A stretch of DNA of 64,000 nucleotides from Vicugna vicugna (lineage: Eukaryota). Shown here in pieces: positions 53,251 to 64,000 of this stretch (its first letter is position 1; every line of letters begins with the position of its first letter). The stretch covers positions 108,054 to 172,053 of the forward strand of contig MU057632.1 in NCBI GenBank assembly GCA_013265495.1, written 5' to 3'. The notes below the pieces were generated by a model. The model ran no database searches. It was not told the DNA's origin and worked only from the letters and a program-made list of their open reading frames with translations. A program made the position numbers and the translations under genes.

Positions 53251-53260
53251 ATGACGTCAT
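53251..53260. promoter_or_regulatory. Full CRE/ATF palindrome ATGACGTCAT
   Basis: motif match only; lies in a small CpG-retaining patch. Confidence 0.3.
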
Positions 53261-53793
53261 CATCTGGCCTCAGATCTTAAACTCCAATACTCAAGGATCT
53301 TTCCCTTCAAGAGAACAAAGTTTCCTTTGTCTTTAGTGGCCCTTGGTCTGTTTCCTTGTCAGTAGTCACAGAATGGCTTGATTTAGAAATTAGCATCCTC
53401 ACATAGTCATCTGATACCACAGGTTCATTCGTGGTGTAAGGACGACCCTCTCCTTCATTCTCTTGCTTTGTCTATTGGAGGTGCTGGATGTCCAGCCACA
53501 CATAAAGGCCACAGATAAAGGCTATGGTAGAGTTCTGTTGTGGTCACCCCCACCCCCAATCCACCATGCAAACCTACAATGTAAATTGAAACAATGTTCT
53601 TATTACTATCCCATGAAGACAACTCTCTCGCACCTCAGGTCACCACCCCAAAGCCCTGTGGTCTAGGAGTTCTGAATCTTCCACTACCTGGCAGGCAGGG
53701 GGTCTGGGGAAGAAGTTTAGATTGGATAATCATCTAGTCTGTAATTAAATGTAAACCTCACAGTGTGGATCCAGAGAAAAATATATTTAGTGA

Positions 53794-53907
53794 TTTTTTT
53801 TGTGGGGGGGGGAAGGTAATTAGGTTTATTTATATTTGATGGAGGTACTGGGGACTGAACCCAGGACCTAAGCATGCATGCTACCACTGAGCTATACCCT
53901 CCCCCCT
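53794..53907 (-). mobile_element. Vic-1-like SINE
   Basis: reverse-complement SINE consensus. Confidence 0.85.
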
Positions 53908-54615
53908 TATTTTGTGATTTTGAAATAAGCAGAACCATCCTGCTCCTAGGATGGTTCTACTCCACAAAGATCCAGAAGGCAAAAAGAGAAGCATTCCTTT
54001 CAGTGCTAAAGCAATTCCTGAGTTATTGACAAGAAAATGAAACGCTCAGCAACTCATGTGTTATGAGTTAGCTTCAAATAATATGCCCATTATTTCATAC
54101 ACTCAAACATGGATGGATTCCATAATTCCACCAGCTTTTAAAATAAGATAACTATTTCAAGTTATTGCTCTAGATGGCATTAAAAGTGATTTCGAAAGTG
54201 CTAAACCTTGACATTCTAAATAAATGCGCTGTTCTTCAGAACAGCCGCACTCATCAGCGTTTGTGACTGTGATGTGGGGAACAGTGCCCCACTCTGTTCC
54301 ATCACTTAATGATCAATTACATTTCGCCAAGTCAATTACAAGCAACCCCTTGGCCAGCCTCGGCACCGGCTTGCTGGCTCGGTTAATTAATCCGCATCGA
54401 GTGAGGACCATCTATTGAACATATATATTATTTTTCTGTTTGGGAGGGGAGCACACTTGCCCAAATTCAAGACTGTACATTAAGTTCTAGCTTCACTTTT
54501 TAAAAACAAAATAGAAGAGTAGCTCTTCTAAGCTATGTCATTTAGAGATTGGAACCTGACCCCACAAACGCTTCCAAGGACAGAACTTCCCTCTACCTAC
54601 CATCCTGACATTTAC

Positions 54616-54711
54616 CTGAATGAGGTTGGCAGCTGGGTTCCTTCTTTTCTCAAAGTGTTTCTGGCGGTGCTGTTCTTGTACTTTTAATGCAAAACCTGAG
54701 CCAAGAATGCC
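54616..54711 (-). CDS. KCNQ5: KCNQ5 exon (exon 7 equivalent): end of S6 and calmodulin-binding helix [33 protein letters not shown]
   Basis: 96 nt, ttccag|GGC...CAG|gtaaat, phase 0-0; continues the frame of the previous exon. Confidence 0.97.
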
Positions 54712-55059
54712 CTGGAACAAAATACAAAAATAGGACTTAATTTTTTTTTCCCCAAAGCACCATTAAATGATACAAATATTAAAAAAAATAAATTCCTCTA
54801 AAATAAGTCTGAGAAAAGACAAACAGTAAGCCACCAGTCCATAAACTTACTACTTACGAAAACCAACACTATTTCCTCTTATTGTAACATCATCGGCCAA
54901 TGGCAACTTGTTGGGTAAGAAATGGAACAAATTGTATTCTTTAGGAAATCAACCAGGCGTTGCCATGACAGTCTCTTCTGGAATAGTGGGAGGCACTAAT
55001 TACAAATGAAAATGACCCTTTTAAAGAATTTATTTTGGCTTGGCCTCTCTGGCATTTCT

Positions 55060-55271
55060 TTAAAATTTTTTTAATTGAAGTATAATCGACTTACAATGTT
55101 GTGTTAATTTCTGGTGTACAGCATAGTGATTCAGTTACAAGTATATATGTTTTCCTTTTCATGTTCTTTTCCATTAAAGGCCATTACAAGGTATTGAATA
55201 TAGTTCCCTGTGCTATACAGTAGGACCTTGCTGTTTATCTATTTTATACATAGTAGTGTGTATCTGCAAAT
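55060..55271 (-). mobile_element. Short L1 3' end
   Basis: ttttaattgaagtata...tagttccctgtgctatacag; flanks ctctctggcattt / ctctccagcattt. Confidence 0.88.
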
Positions 55272-56502
55272 CTCTCCAGCATTTCCTTTTGTCTAAACTA
55301 GAGAGAATGGTTGTATCCAGTGACCGACAGAGGTGGATTTAAAATTCAGGACTCACTAATGTTAATGTCCTGTCGATGTGGACATGGAAGTTTTTCCTAG
55401 CACTTTGATGACACTACTAAATTTTATATTTCCCATTCATGAAATGATGGGAGATGGAGTGTTTAAACCTGTACCAGTTTAATCCTCCACAATGCTCTAA
55501 GTTTACACCTACCAAAGTAAAGCAAAAGTGGGGAAGGACCATTGTCCAGATGAGACACACACTTGGTTTTGGAGGCATAGAACGTTTTCCACTTTGCCTG
55601 TTTGGACAGTGAGGACAGGAGCACACGCCTGTTCTCCTGGGTTCCAACCTCACGCTCGTGGTGTTCCTTACCTTTTGGTTTTGGCTCATCTATTCAGATC
55701 TGGGGCTGAGTAAGATCAGTGTGTTCCTCCCGTGTTTATATTTGTTGTTGTTGTTGTTTTTGGCTGGTTTGCCTCCTTCTGCGTATCATCTTGTTTTGCC
55801 AAACTTCTGGCTCTTTGCTCTGCCCCTCTTCTCAGTTTGCTCTGGTCTGAGCTTGTGGAATCAAGATGCTTCGTCTCAGCCTCGAGGTGAGCTTGGCTTC
55901 TGGAGTTAGCTAGATTCAGTCTCTGGGCTGGGCTGTAAGTCTCCACTTTATTGGCATGGGATGTGGAGCATCTGCTTTCAAGTCTGGGACGTGACTTGCT
56001 AGCTATAAATTATGAGCTTTTCATTAAACTTCAAGGAGCCTAAACCTTAGGTTAGAAACGGGTATCTTATAAGCCCTAAGTCAGTATCTGCCGTAGGTAA
56101 GGAATGGTGGTTGTTCTTTTCTTTGTATTTTTGAAGTTGCTCAAAGACAGCACAGGCTGCCTGAGGGGGTGGTGGGTCTCTCGTCCCTGGGACGTGTTAA
56201 GTCTCAGTGGGTGACAACTTGACTAGGATATTTTCGGGCTCCGGATAACCTTTAACCCTCCTTCTTATCTTGAGATTTCACAATTCCTAGTACCTCTGTG
56301 ACAATGACCAGATAATAAATAATGCAATTATGTTTAATAATACAGTTATACAGTAGTACTGTTGCTGTTAGTGAGCAGTGATCTATTCCATTATTAATCA
56401 GGATGAATGCCTGCACCATGAAATTAGAAAATACACCAGGGGTTCTGTTGCCATCTCTCTTTCTCAGTGACTGTCTTGAGATTTTCTCCTCACACAGGTG
56501 GT

Positions 56503-56717
56503 TTTTGCCTTGGGGAGGAGGTAATTAAGTGTATTTATTTATTTTCATTTTTTCAGTTTTATTGGGTAGAATTATTACAATTTGACTGCACATCTACAAT
56601 ACATTGCATGTAAATACATATACACAGTAATTTATGTTTAATGGCAGTTCCGGGAACTGAACCCAGGACCTCCTGCATGCTAAGCACGTGCTCTACCGTG
56701 AGCTCTACCCTTGCCCA
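56503..56717 (-). mobile_element. Vic-1-like SINE carrying an internal insert of about 90 nt
   Basis: ctcacacaggtg on both sides encloses tail, insert and head. Confidence 0.85.
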
Positions 56718-57684
56718 CATCTCACACAGGTGATGACCGAGCAAGCTAAGCTTTGTGAAACCCTGGTCTGTAGAATCTTATTTGTAGATTTAAACAACAT
56801 TTCCCTCCATTTAGAGGTTATAGAAATGGCCCTCCATTCCCAAATCCAAGTCAACTGCAGTCATCCGTAACTCCTAAATTTTTCTTCCTGCTACTTAAGA
56901 TCATTTAGGAGAGATTTATTTATCTTCCTTTTCATGCCATTTTTCATGAAGTTTAAACATGTAAGAGATGATGAAGCAGCAGAATGTACAGCATATATTT
57001 ATATTATGTATATTATGTATTTACATTACATGTGTGTATGTGTATAATCTGCTCGTATGCAGCATAATTTAGATTTTGTAGACACTGAAGTTACAGCAAT
57101 AGCTACCATTTGTGAACACTCATTACGTAAATATGAGGTTCAGGGTTAAGTCCCTGTTGGAAAATGAAGACAGACCCTGCGTACCGCAAACTGAGAGCCT
57201 GCCAAACAATTTAAAATGTGGTGAAAGTCACACTGGCATTGCTTGGAAACAGGTACTAGTAGATGGCAAATGTTTGCTCCATATCTCTTGAGCCAGACTG
57301 TACATCACAACAGTTATTAAAACAGGTCTGCGCATCGTCTCAGCCCGGCTCCAATCCAATTTTCTTCCACCCCTCTTAGTACATAGCTCAGACACATAAA
57401 TACAGGTCTGCTAAAATAAAGTCTATTAGGTCATATATATATCTCCCATAAGTTATAAAAGTATGTATATGAAAAACAGAACTTATGTACTGTTCCTTCA
57501 AATGTCAATATCAATAGATACAAATTCTCAGAAACTGAGTTTTGCTTTTATTCATTTCCCAAGATTAGATAACTTAAATTTTTAGGTTTTATTTTTTTAA
57601 TCTTATTAATTTTTTTTTTTTTAGGTTTTAAGTTTTAGTCCTCTGCTAAGTCCTGCATAAATACCGAGTAGGAAGAAAATGTGT

Positions 57685-57780
57685 CTTTTTTTTTTTTGTA
57701 TAGAGGTACCAGGGATTGAACTCAGGACCTCATGTCTGCTAAGCCTGCATTCTATCTGCCACTGAGCTGTACCCTCCCCC
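57685..57780 (-). mobile_element. Vic-1-like SINE
   Basis: gaggtaccagggattgaactcaggacc...gagctgtaccctcccc. Confidence 0.8.
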
Positions 57781-59342
57781 TGAGAGCATGTCTTGTTAAA
57801 CATTCAAAATATTGATCCTATGTTATCTTCCAGGTTCCAAGAGCTTATTTGCACTTCGTACTTGGCAAACAGGCTAGACTGAGATTACTCTTAGCATGAA
57901 GGAAGGGAGCATCCCATTGTGGACAAAGGCTTGTCCCTCAGGGCAATGTCGTGGCTGGGTGGCCTCTGTGTTCTCCCTGGCCAAGAGATGCAGTGGGCCT
58001 CAGAGGAGGGGACCCTGGTGGAGCCTGGATCTTGTGGTCTGCATGGCTCTGTGATGTGCAGAAGCCTCCTTCTGTTTTGAGGGAAAGATGGGGAAAGGTT
58101 CTTCTCTCTCGGTCCTCGGGTCTCCTGGTGGGAAGGAACCTCAGAAAGGGATGGCCCACAGTCCACCTGCAACTTTCTCAGCATGTCAATATGTTCCTCT
58201 AAAGTTCAGTCAGACAACACTGCTGGCCAGCGGGTGCATATGGCATTTCCAGCCACCTGAAGCTGTACATGAATCACTGAGTCCCTCACTCAATAAGTAA
58301 GAACTTAGCACCCAATGGGAGGTTGCAGTGGAAAGACCCACAGTCAAGTCTACTTCTGGCATTGTTAGGGAACGTTCTGCTCTGTGCCAACACGATTTTC
58401 AGATTTCCAACATATATTAATTTACTTTGCATGTGAAAATTGTAATCACTTTACTGGGAAAGCTTTCCAGGAATGACTCCTTAGTCTCTGACCTTCCACC
58501 TAACAGAGCCACACGATTTAACCTCCCCAGGATGGTCCCAAGTTCATTACAGAGACGGGGTGTTTGCAGTGGTGGGTGCAGTCAGCTCCTGGGGTGGGGG
58601 CACTGCCCTTCACGCTGGGCGGCCGGCCCCAGGTCTTCACACCTTTGGAACTCTTACATCTGCTTGCTTCTTACAGATTCTCTCTGTACTTTGTCCTCCA
58701 CTGTTTCTTCTTCTTGTAGTGTTTCTTCTGTCCACCTACTTCCAGATTTGCTGTTTACAATCTTCCAAGACTTGAGAGACTAGAGAGCTCAGCTTATCAG
58801 AATTTTCTCTAAATTAGGAAGAGGTTATGAATTAGCCTCAAGGAGCCCTCCTGTGAGTGCACGCCCGCGCACATACACAGTTGCCTACTTGAACAGCCTA
58901 GATGTCACCCCCTTCCTTGTTTGTCATTCTTGAGGGACCACCTGGTCTGTTATGTGTGTGGCCTCGGAAGGGGTATAAACACAACAGGAGCAGGTGTCTG
59001 GTGCTGTTATTTTGGGGGAAAAAGCCCACGACCGCGTCTTGTTGTTTAAGGATACTTCCCTAGCGAACCTGGTTATTAAGGGGATTTCTGCTCTGTTCTG
59101 GATTACTAAGGTTGATGATTCTGTCGACTGTGTGAGATGCCTTTTTGTCTCTCGTTCCTTTTGTGGTCTTACAACAGGAAGCACAGATTCCCAGATTCAC
59201 AGAGGAAAATGGAAATAACACTTTGTGGAAGTTTCCTTCGTGACCAGCACTTGACTTCATTACTTCACTGGTCATCACAGAATGTTTCCAGGTGTGATAA
59301 TTCTTCCCACATGTTGGTGACAGAGAAATGCCCCCAGGTTTC

Positions 59343-59755
59343 TGTGATGGGCTAAATGTGTCCCTCCAAAGCAACAGGTTGGAGTCCTAATCCCCAGGAT
59401 GTCAGAGTGTGACTTTATTTGGAAAGAAGGTCTTTGCAGAGGTAGTTAAGTTACAGTGAGGTCATTAGGGTGGGTTCTAATCCAGTAGGACTGGTGTCCT
59501 TGTGAGAGGACATCTGGACCCAGATGTGGGCAGAGGGAAGTGATGTGAAGACACGGGGAGAAGATGGCATCTACGTGCCAAGGGAGGAGGCTGGAACAGA
59601 TCCTTCTCTTGCAGCCCTTGGAAGGAACCAGCCCAGCCGGCTCCTTGATTTTGGACTTCCAGCCTCCAGAACCATGAGACCATACAGTTCTGTTGTTTAA
59701 GCCATGCCATCTAGTCTCTGCTACCTTGTTACGGCAGCTCCAGCAAACTAATACA
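59343..59755 (+). mobile_element. MaLR (MLT1A/B-like) solo LTR
   Basis: tgtgatgggctaaatgtgtccc...gcagctccagcaaactaataca. Confidence 0.85.
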
Positions 59756-60204
59756 GTCACACGTAGGTGGCCTGTCACAAAACCAGAATTCAAGCTGAGG
59801 TCTGACGCTCAGGTCAGGCATGGTCTCTTCAGCCTCTTTGCTGGTCTTGTGTGGCCTGGGGCACAACCAGCTAGTGAGTGTGGACTTGAACACCAGCCAT
59901 GGGGAGGACAGGAATGTCCTCTGCACTCATGGACAGGGCTGTGCTGCTGAAAGTCCCCTCTCCATGGGGGACTGTGGGGGGTGGTGCTGCGGTCCCTGCT
60001 GGGCAGATGCTGTGACCTGCGTCAGCTTGTGTCTGGACCAAGACCGAGGCTACTGTTCCTTAAGCGTGACGCTGCCTCTGTTCTAATACTCCTGTTTGTT
60101 GGCTATTTTCCGACAAAGTGAGAGTTGGGGATGGAGGCAAATTGTAATATTTTGACCAACTTCCTTTGAAGACACAGGAGGATAAAACAATCAGAAAGGC
60201 AAGC

Positions 60205-60420
60205 TTTACTCTATATAAAAGTAGATGAAAAACAAATTTCTTCTGTCTAGCACAGGGAACTATAGTCAATATCTTGTAATAACCTTTAATGAAGAAGAAC
60301 ATGAAAACAAATATAAATATATATATATATATGCGCACAACCAGGACATTGTGCTGTATACCAGAAACTGACACATTGTAACTGACTGCACTTCAATAAA
60401 CAAACAAACAAAAAGAAAAA
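60205..60420 (+). mobile_element. L1 3' UTR end
   Basis: agcacagggaactatag...gacacattgtaactgactgcacttcaataaa. Confidence 0.85.
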
Positions 60421-60854
60421 CAAGCTTCATCCATTAAAGAGCAAATAATCAGAAGAGATTATTAAGAGAAGATAAATGTTCTCTTCATTCCGATAAGATT
60501 CAGAGATGGGCCATTAACAAAAATCAAAGACAATGACACGAAGAATAAATCATCTGATACACATAAAACACTTTAAACTGCCATGTTTTCCACTCAAATG
60601 GGTCTGAAGAGGTAAATACTCCATTTGCGATCACCCGTTTCCTCAGCAGCCCACACCTTCTCCCCCAAATTGGAGCCATCAATTTCAAAAGAAGGTATCT
60701 TTACGTCTTTACACGTCTTTAATCACATTAGTAGCAGGCTAACTGAGAGGCGATGCTGTCTGAATTATTGTTTGGTCCTAAAGACCTGGCTGGTATAGAA
60801 CTCTCGGGCTGAGTGTTTCCAAGAAAAGATCGTATTTGATAAATTATCCAACTA

Positions 60855-61115
<261 letters not shown>

Positions 61116-62191
61116 CTACAAACAAAACAGACAGGACGCGCAGCTTAAGTGCCGGGAAGGAACGTGAGGGCCCACGAACAGGAGGCATGCAACGTTTCCA
61201 CTAAATCATTATTCAACCAGTCCTGTTGGCGCATTTTATTACCGTGCTTTAATTTTCCATGACGCATAACAGAACTTCTCTTTGTTTAAGGAAGGGAATA
61301 ACCTACATACTTGTTATTCCCTTACAACACAGTTTTCCATCTTTTCTAAATATTATCCCAAGAAAGGTCACTGAAGTAAGTGGATACCATCAGTGATACA
61401 GAAATGATAACACCGTGGATTTAGGACTGGTTCAGAACACAGAACGATCATTTACATGAATTAAAGCTGCCCGTTTATGACCTCGGCAGGCATTTCCTGA
61501 AGGTCTGCTGTGTGCAAGGTACGTGTCTTGATTTGTAGTGGAACAAAAATGAGACGTACAGAGTTCCCATCCTGAGCTATTCATGGTATCAGAAGGGAGA
61601 TATGTCACACACAGTTCATGGAAACACAAATCAGACAAGAGAGGTATTATGATGAATGCACAGATAATCTACTGTGTGAATTCAAAGAACAGATTGTTAT
61701 TTAAAAATTTATTTTGTGGGAGGTTAATTAGGTTTATTTAATTATTTAACTTGCATTTTTTTCTTTTTCAGTTTTATTAGGTAGAATTATTACAGTTTGA
61801 CTGCACATACACATTATATTGCATATACACAGTATACTGCACATGTTTTTTAAGTTTACATGTATGTACTGATCATTGTTTCTAAGAACAGATTAGAACT
61901 TTAACTTTTTTTAACTTTTTTTTATTGAGTTATAGTCATTTTACAATATTGTGTCAATAAAGCTTTAACTTTTTAAACTTACATAGTTACCAAAGGAATA
62001 AAGCCAACCACAAAATAAGAATCAACAGAATGCAGTAATCCAATCATAACGGACAATCAAATGTGCTTACACATATTCAAGAAATCAATCATCTTCGTTA
62101 TAAATAATAAATAGTTCATTTGTGTCATTATTATCGCTATTATTTTTTGGATTTCTCATATAAATGATGTCATACAGCATCTTTCTTTCCT

Positions 62192-62300
62192 TTTTTAATT
62201 GATGTTACTTATTAATTTTTAATGGCAGTACTGGGGACTGAACCCAGGACCTCATGCATGCTAAGTATGCATTCTACCACTGAGCTATGCCCTCCTCTCC
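62192..62300 (-). mobile_element. Vic-1-like SINE head
   Basis: aatggcagtactggggactgaacccagg...gagctatgccctcc. Confidence 0.85.
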
Positions 62301-62879
62301 TTGAAGAACAGATTATTATTAGCTTAGAGAGCTGAAGCCCCTTTATGGGGGAGATGGCATCATACCTAGGCTGTGAAGGAGGGGTAATATTTTGAGAGGC
62401 AAAAATGATAAGGATAAGGGTGACCTTGGGAAGGAAACAGTGAGATGAAATAGAGTAGGTTCGGGAGCATCTGTTCAGTTGGGCTGGAGCCTGGTGGGTC
62501 TGGAGAGGATTAATGGGAGAGGAGGCTAACTAGCTGTGCTGGAACTGGATCTGGGTGTCTTTGAAAAGTGATCATTGGATCATGTCTCTCCCATGGTCAG
62601 GCTGCTTCCAGGTTGCCCACGTTCCTTAGAACAGGGTCCCAGCTCCTCTGTAGAACCTATGAGGTTCTGCTCCATCCTAAGAATGATCAGGTGGCTGAGT
62701 CAACACAGCACCCAGGGGATCATCCGAAAGTGGACAGGAGAGAGATGACTCTGGGAAGTTCAACCGAAGCGCATTTAAGGACTGTCTGGGAGGAAGAGGA
62801 AGACTAAATCAACATGGCTTGAAAATTGCAAGTGGGAAGATGGTTGCAGCAGAAATAAAAATAAGCTAGAGAGAGAGAG

Positions 62880-63115
62880 AAGGGAGGGATAAATTAGGAG
62901 TTTGGGGTTAATACTACTATATGGAAAACAGATAAACAACAAGGACCTCCTGAACAGCACAGGGAACTATATTCAATATCTTATAATAACCTATCATGGA
63001 AAAGAACCTGAAAAAGAACATACATGTATAACTGAATCACTACGCTGTACACTAGAAACTAACACAACATGGTAAATCAACTATCCTTCAGTTAAAAGGA
63101 AAAAATAAATATTAA
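62880..63115 (+). mobile_element. L1 3' UTR end within an L2-like relic
   Basis: gggagggataaattaggagtttgggg...caactatccttcagttaaaa. Confidence 0.85.
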
Positions 63116-64000
63116 AAGAAAGAGAAGTTTTTGAAGCAAAGATGAAGACTTCAGTTTTCAAATAAGGGTTTTTAGAATGTCAGTGTGATGCTGATCTAGA
63201 AATGTCGAGCAAGGAATTAAGAATCAGAGCTCGAGCTGTGGGAGCGACTGGGTTTGGCCTGAGGTTTGGGGTTTGGAAATGGGCACAAAGTGATTGCAGA
63301 GGCTTTGTGACAAAATGAGGTTGCACAGGGTACAAAGAAGGGGAACAGGGACACCTCCTCAGGAAACACAGATCTCTAAGGGATGGGAGGGAAGGGAAAG
63401 CCAGAGAAGAATACAGTTTGGGGACTAGGAGTGTGTTATATAAATGGAAACTCAGTGGAGGAGAGAGTGTTCCTAAAAGGACCAGGTGATCCCTGAGGTC
63501 ACAAGCTCACAGAAAACAAGGAGAAAGGGGATTAAGAAAAGATATTGGACACAGATGGTGTTCCCTGGTGATTTCTAAGAAAGTGATTGTTTCAATCTTG
63601 TTATCTCATCTGGGTTTTGAAGAAGGGGCGCCATTTTGAGAGGCAGAAATGGTAGAGGGAGATAAACTCCATGATGCTAGACCCTTTGGAAGTGTTCCAC
63701 TCAGCTCAGCTGACCACCCCTCCCTAGAATCTCTCTTCTCTCCTCACTTTTGTGGTTTTCCCTTGGCATTTTTGGTGTCTCATTTTATGTGATTCCTCCT
63801 ACTGTGAAGAGGGGAGGGCTGGTGGCTGTCTGATGGGGTGAGGTACCCGAGGAGGCAGGGGATGTAGGATCAGGATAGAGTTGGAGAGATTAGCCTTGGT
63901 GGTGTGAAAGGACAGCCCTTCCAACAAAGATGTAGACACAGTGTGAGTGGAGGGTGGAACTGGAACGCTCAGGACAGTCTCCTTCAATCCCAGGGAAGGA

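Overview
Mammalian genomic DNA, very probably camelid (Camelus/Vicugna/Lama), judged from about 32 copies of a Vic-1-like tRNA-derived SINE and the L1 3' ends. The window lies inside KCNQ5 (Kv7.5 potassium channel), transcribed on the minus strand. Six recognisable exons have canonical AG/GT ends: pore/S6 exon 61115-61005 (TIGYGD filter), 54711-54616 (helix A), 41665-41571, a 27-nt microexon 36844-36818, a 57-nt cassette exon 30971-30915 and a 221-nt exon 27133-26913. The next exon was not found, so 1-26912 is read as intron. The rest is intronic: SINEs, L1 fragments, ERV/MaLR solo LTRs, MIR/L2 and hAT relics. The most interesting signals are (i) a candidate extra 75-nt frame-preserving cassette exon (37701-37627) and a weaker 24-nt candidate in the helix A-B linker, near Rbfox, SRRM4-type and G-quadruplex motifs; (ii) a 26:6 sense-strand bias of SINEs, opposite to the L1 bias; (iii) a possible composite SINE variant. 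There is no evidence for prokaryote-type systems. Repeat boundaries are approximate, and comparisons with human KCNQ5 are from memory, not from a database search.
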